Source of the DNA: Neophaeotheca triangularis
Taxonomy: Eukaryota
Assembly (NCBI GenBank): GCA_054600435.1
Contig: BAAIJX010000035.1
Coordinates: forward strand, 124,001 to 188,000
Reading direction: 5' to 3'
Length of the DNA stretch: 64,000 bases
The notes beneath the pieces were generated by a model, which worked only from the letters and a program-made list of their open reading frames with translations, was not told the origin of the DNA and ran no database searches. The position numbers and the translations under genes are program-made. Each line of letters starts with the position of its first letter. The stretch's first letter is position 1. This document shows, piece after piece, positions 59,241 through 64,000 of this stretch.

Positions 59241-62200
59241 ATGTTGGAAGGCTTGGTAGCGAACCTGCTGAATCGGTTCTTGGGCATGTATGTCCGGAAC
59301 TTCGATCCCAAACAGCTCAACGTTGGAATCTGGTCTGGCGATGTCAAGCTTCGGAATCTTCAGCTTCGTAGAGAGGCCCTGGACCAGTTCCATCTCCCTC
59401 TGAACGTCGTCGAGGGCCACATCAGCTCCTTGACCCTTAGCATACCCTGGTCCAATCTCCGGGGCAAACCCGTCCGCATCAGCATAGAAGATGTCTTCCT
59501 ATTGGCTGCTCCAAAAGAGGACGAGGAATATAACGCCGAGGAAGAAGAGAAGCGGGCGCATGCGGTGAAGATGGAGAAGTTGGACTCGGCGGAGCTGCTC
59601 AAGGAACGAAACACAGAGGGCATGTCCCCAGAAGAGCAACAGAAGAATCAAAGCTTCACAGCTGCTTTGACAACTACAATTATCGACAATGTGCAAGTCT
59701 CGGTCAAAAATGTGCATATTCGATACGAAGATGCCATATCCGACCCGGGCCATCCTTTCGCCGCTGGCTTGACATTGCAAGAGCTCAGCGCCGTCTCTAC
59801 TGACGAGAACTGGAGGCCTACCTGGATTCAAAGCACTAGCGGTACAACCCACAAGCTTGCGACCTTGGGATCCTTGGCCTTGTATTGGGACACGGATGCC
59901 GAACTGCTCGGGACTGGTACTGGTCAACAGACTGCCAAAGAGCAAGGCATAGAACACCAAGAGCTGCTTGACAAATTCAGGAACATGATTGTCAAGAGCG
60001 ACAGCCCTGAGATCAACAACCATCAGTTCATCTTGAAGCCGGTTTCGGGCCGTGCTGGGCTTGAGATGGATAAGACAGGGAGGACGGACAGAGCAAAGAT
60101 CAAGGCACGTCTACTCTTCAATGAGTTGGGCTTTGTTCTGGATGAGCACCAATACCGGGACGCTCTCATGCTTGTCGATCTCTTCCATTACTTCATCAGG
60201 CACCAAGAATACCGAAAACTCCAGCCGAACAAGAGACCCAAGGAAGATCCCAGGGCTTGGCTGGAATTTGCTGGCAAAGCTGTCTTGGACCGTATCCATG
60301 ACCGCAACCGACGATGGTCTTGGGATTATTTCAAGGAACGGCGAGACGACCGTCGGAGTTACATCAGGCTGTTCAAGAAGAAGAAGAAGGAAGAAAAGCT
60401 TACGCCTGATGAAGCCAAGGAACTCGACACCCTTGAACGCAAACTCACGTACGAAGACCTGCGCTTCTGGAGGTCTCTTGCACGCAACGAACTGCGAAAA
60501 GAGAACGTAGGCGTGAAAAAGGAAGCACCGAAGTCCACTTGGAGCAGCTGGATCTGGGGCTCGAGCGAGAAGCAGGGTGATCACGCACAAGACGACTCGC
60601 AGATGTCGGAACAGCAGCGCCAGGAGCTCTATGCTGCGATTGACTTTGACGAGAAGAAGAACCTGACCGAGTCTGTGGACATGCCCAAGGAAGCGATTAA
60701 GCTGCAAGTAGACATGAGTCTGCGAACTGGCAGCTTTGCTTTACGGAGAGACCCCCATGGCAAGAAGACGGACATGCTGAAATTGCTTTTCGACGACTTC
60801 AGCACTGAGTTCCTACAGCGCACAGATTCAATGCTTGTGAACCTGAGCCTCGGTGGCATGCGACTTTACGATGGCTCAACAGAGGGCAACCTTTTCGAGC
60901 AAATGTTACGAGTCAAAGATGCGCCGGCAATACCCGACAGCGATCGCGTACAAGAGCTTGACGACGAAGACAAGCCTATGAAGGACGCGAAAGAGAGCCA
61001 AGACGGTGAAGACGACGAGGAAGAGGAGCCTTTCTTCAGCATGTCCTTCGAGCAAAATCCACTCGACGGCCGGGCTGACTCTGCTGTCAACGTCCATTTG
61101 AAAGCTATGGAAATCGTTTACAATCCAAACTTTGTAGTGCAAGTCACCAAGTTCTTCAAGCCCCCTGTGCAGCACATGGAGTCTATCAACGCTTTGATGG
61201 AGTCTGCGGGTTCAACCGTCGAAGGGCTCAGGCAACAAACACGAGCTGGGCTAGAGTACGCATTGCAAGAGCATAAGACCGTCGACGTACAGCTGGACCT
61301 GCAAGCGCCTCTGATAATTGTCCCAGACTCTGTCACGAAACACAGCACGATCTGCCTTATCCTCGATGCCGGTCACGCAAGCGTTCGAAGCGATCTGATC
61401 GACAAGGCCACCATCTCTGATATCCAAGCCAAGGAGAAACAACAATACACCAAGGAGGACTACGAGCATCTTGCCAACCTCATGTACGACAAGTTCCAGC
61501 TCAAGCTTGAAAAGACCCAAGTACTGCTAGGTACTACCGTCGAGGCTACCAGGGAGCAGCTTGACGCAACTAGCAATGGTGGCGGTCGTGGCAATTTCCA
61601 CATTGTCGAGCGGATCAACATGGACTTCACGATAGAAACGTGCATCATCCCCAAAGCATCGGACCTCACCAAGTTCAAGATTGAAGGGCACTTGCCCATG
61701 CTGCATGCCATGTTCAGCGATGCAAAATACAAGTCACTTATGAAACTGCTTGACTTTGCAGTCCCCAAATTTGACGACCAGCCTGCAAGCAGTCAGCGAC
61801 CGAGTACGGGCGACAGTAAGCCTGCCAAAGAGAAGCAGCAGCGAAGAAAGTCTGTGCTGGATGCACCAGGTCGACCTCGAGGAAAGTCCTTCTCGACTGC
61901 CAACGAACTCGTCCTTGATATGGAAGAGGGTGAGGAGGAACGTCAACAGGCTCAGAAACAATTCCAAGGCAGCAATAATCGAGCCGCGGCCAAAAAGAGT
62001 AACGAGGTCAACCCTGCACAGCGCAACTTCGAGTTCAAGTTCACTGTCGACAAATTGCAAGGCTCACTGTACCGTTCGGACCCCGACGGCAAAAAGGGGG
62101 ACAAGCTGCTAGTGGACTTGATTGCTGAGTCGTTTTACCTGGAGTTCTATCAGCGTGCATTCGACATGGTCGCAGACGTCAAGCTACAGCAGTTGGTCGT

Positions 62201-64000
62201 CGAAGACCACGTCGAGGAGTCACCTGCTTCAGAGTTCAAGAATCTGATCTCGAGCGAGGACATCTATTCGGGCAAGAAGGAAGACTTGCTCACGATACAT
62301 TTCCAAATGGTGAACAAGGACCACCCAGAGTTCGAGACGAAGTTCGAGGGTATCAAGACGAACCTTGACGTGCAGCTCAGTACCATCAATTTGATGGTCA
62401 CTCGGCGAACGCTCCTAACTCTGCTCGACTTCGTCATGGTCACTTTCGCCAGTGGTGACGACACATCCAAGGAGGTGGAACCTGCGCAGATTGAGGATGC
62501 AGGCGAAGAAGAGGAACAGAAGCCCCAGGAGCAAGACAAGATCCGCATCAAGGCCGAGTTGAAGCGGGTTGCGGTCATACTGAATAACGATGGCATTCGC
62601 CTTGCGACTCTGAGTTTGACCTCTGCATCGGTCAATTTGTTCCTTCACGGCAAGGCTATGAACGTTGCCGCCAAACTCGGAAATCTCGGCCTCGTCGACG
62701 ACATCAACCAAGGTGTTGCCGAAGAGTCTGCTTTGAGGCAGCTTGTCTCAATCCAAGGCGACGAGCTCGCCGACTTCCGCTACCAAACGTTCGACGCGGA
62801 AGCCGACAACTATCCTGGGTACGACACCTCAATCTTCTTGCGCGCAGGCTCCCTCAAGGTCAGCTTCGTCACCGAGCCCTTCCGCAAGATCATGGAGTTT
62901 GGCGTCAAATTCGGCAAAATGCAAGCCCTCTTCAACGCAGCCCGTCAAGCCGCTGCAAATCAAGCTACCAAGGTGCAAGAGAGTGCCAGCAAGATGCACT
63001 TTGATGTCAAGGTCAAAACCCCCATCGTAGCATTCCCGCGCATGATTGTCACCGACCAGCCAGAGCGCGATCTGATGACGGCATACTTGGGCGAAATCTA
63101 CGCAAGCAATAAGTTTGTTCCGCTCACGGATGAGGATGATTCCAAGTCGGCAAATAAGCTTTCCGCTGGCATACACAACATCCGACTGACGTCGAGCTTC
63201 CATTATAATGACAGCAAGACTGAGGAGCTGGAACTCATCGACAAGGTGGACCTTGACTTTAACATCACTCAAGCTGACCATCAACCCGGGCTTGAACGCC
63301 CGGACACTGAGATTGAAGGCTCGATGAGTAACATCAACCTCAGGGTGACGGAAGCTCAGCTGAAATTCATTCTTGAGCTGAGCAGGACCATTCCCAGTGC
63401 TTTCGCCATAGAATCTGACGAGGTGGTGGAGGAGAAGGTCGAACGAGAGATGCCTTCCAGCGTCGTCGAGCCTGCCAAAGCGGCGCAGCCCTCGAGTAAC
63501 GAACAAGCCCTCGCCCGCAACGGCGGCCAGCAAGCCTCCCACCTCGGTCCAGAGCTGGGTGGCGAAGAGGAGAAATGGGCCAAGCTTGACCTTGTTTTCA
63601 AGATCGGGGCCATTGGCCTCGAACTCCTGCAGGGTCCCGCCGATGAGCCTGTTGGCGATCTGGATGCTGCCAGTCTGTCCAAGTTTGCTCTCAACGAGAC
63701 TAGCGTAAAGCTGAAGATGCTGAGCGATGGGGCTCTCGAGAGCGAGTTGCTGGTGCAGTCCTTCACAATCGCCGACACCAGGACGCGCGAGAAGAACAAG
63801 TTCCGCAAAATCATGTCGCTCATCAACAACGATGTCAAACAGCAATTCATGGCTTCGGTATCCATCTCGGGCGGTGAAGACAAGAACCTGGTCGCGCTGT
63901 TGACTATCGACAGCCCCAGGGTCATTCTAGCGCTCGATTACCTCTTTGCAGTCTCAAACTTCGCCAATAGAGCCCTCGCCGTTGACAAACCTCTTATCGT
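59241..64000 (+). CDS. VPS13: Vacuolar protein sorting 13 lipid-transfer protein (5' part, continues beyond the window)
   Basis: Chorein-N start MLEGLVANLLNRFLGMYVRNFDPKQLNVGIWSGDVKLRNLQL...IPWSNL. The frame appears open to the window end, which explains its absence from the ORF track. Confidence 0.96.
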   Translation, partial: MLEGLVANLLNRFLGMYVRNFDPKQLNVGIWSGDVKLRNLQLRREALDQFHLPLNVVEGHISSLTLSIPWSNLRGKPVRISIEDVFLLAAPKEDEEYNAEEEEKRAHAVKMEKLDSAELLKERNTEGMSPEEQQKNQSFTAALTTTIIDNVQVSVKNVHIRYEDAISDPGHPFAAGLTLQELSAVSTDENWRPTWIQSTSGTTHKLATLGSLALYWDTDAELLGTGTGQQTAKEQGIEHQELLDKFRNMIVKSDSPEINNHQFILKPVSGRAGLEMDKTGRTDRAKIKARLLFNELGFVLDEHQYRDALMLVDLFHYFIRHQEYRKLQPNKRPKEDPRAWLEFAGKAVLDRIHDRNRRWSWDYFKERRDDRRSYIRLFKKKKKEEKLTPDEAKELDTLERKLTYEDLRFWRSLARNELRKENVGVKKEAPKSTWSSWIWGSSEKQGDHAQDDSQMSEQQRQELYAAIDFDEKKNLTESVDMPKEAIKLQVDMSLRTGSFALRRDPHGKKTDMLKLLFDDFSTEFLQRTDSMLVNLSLGGMRLYDGSTEGNLFEQMLRVKDAPAIPDSDRVQELDDEDKPMKDAKESQDGEDDEEEEPFFSMSFEQNPLDGRADSAVNVHLKAMEIVYNPNFVVQVTKFFKPPVQHMESINALMESAGSTVEGLRQQTRAGLEYALQEHKTVDVQLDLQAPLIIVPDSVTKHSTICLILDAGHASVRSDLIDKATISDIQAKEKQQYTKEDYEHLANLMYDKFQLKLEKTQVLLGTTVEATREQLDATSNGGGRGNFHIVERINMDFTIETCIIPKASDLTKFKIEGHLPMLHAMFSDAKYKSLMKLLDFAVPKFDDQPASSQRPSTGDSKPAKEKQQRRKSVLDAPGRPRGKSFSTANELVLDMEEGEEERQQAQKQFQGSNNRAAAKKSNEVNPAQRNFEFKFTVDKLQGSLYRSDPDGKKGDKLLVDLIAESFYLEFYQRAFDMVADVKLQQLVVEDHVEESPASEFKNLISSEDIYSGKKEDLLTIHFQMVNKDHPEFETKFEGIKTNLDVQLSTINLMVTRRTLLTLLDFVMVTFASGDDTSKEVEPAQIEDAGEEEEQKPQEQDKIRIKAELKRVAVILNNDGIRLATLSLTSASVNLFLHGKAMNVAAKLGNLGLVDDINQGVAEESALRQLVSIQGDELADFRYQTFDAEADNYPGYDTSIFLRAGSLKVSFVTEPFRKIMEFGVKFGKMQALFNAARQAAANQATKVQESASKMHFDVKVKTPIVAFPRMIVTDQPERDLMTAYLGEIYASNKFVPLTDEDDSKSANKLSAGIHNIRLTSSFHYNDSKTEELELIDKVDLDFNITQADHQPGLERPDTEIEGSMSNINLRVTEAQLKFILELSRTIPSAFAIESDEVVEEKVEREMPSSVVEPAKAAQPSSNEQALARNGGQQASHLGPELGGEEEKWAKLDLVFKIGAIGLELLQGPADEPVGDLDAASLSKFALNETSVKLKMLSDGALESELLVQSFTIADTRTREKNKFRKIMSLINNDVKQQFMASVSISGGEDKNLVALLTIDSPRVILALDYLFAVSNFANRALAVDKPLI

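Noticed and set aside
1..64000. Transposons, RIP blocks, tRNA/rRNA, CRISPR, telomeric repeats
   Set aside because: No transposase/RT motifs, long terminal or inverted repeats, AT-rich RIP tracts, cloverleaf or spacer arrays seen by eye.

Overview
Eukaryotic DNA from a filamentous ascomycete. Dothideomycete-like origin is my inference from gene content and the short CTRAC-branch introns. The window holds about 25 protein-coding genes: GH76 Dfg5/Dcw1 (5' part), Yme1, farnesyltransferase beta, a hemerythrin-like protein, a P450, MDP-1 phosphatase, an LRR protein, a Pho89-type Na+/Pi symporter, PI-phospholipase C, an SMP/LEA protein, TFIIF-beta, CSN4, a Bli-4-like SDR, an FAD monooxygenase, cis-prenyltransferase, a laccase, a secreted Thr-rich protein, a DUF3429-like mitochondrial protein, Vps13 (runs off the end) and several hypotheticals. 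Two small spliced genes are missing from the ORF track. There is also an AKR7 pseudogene and an intronic C/D snoRNA candidate. I saw no transposon, CRISPR, rRNA or tRNA. The most notable observation is the last PLC intron: it is 476 nt, densely structured, and a perfect 10-bp long-range helix covers its branch point in competition with a local hairpin. Retaining the intron gives an immediate stop that truncates the C2 domain, so it is a candidate RNA-structure splicing switch. All family calls come from motif recognition, with no database searches.
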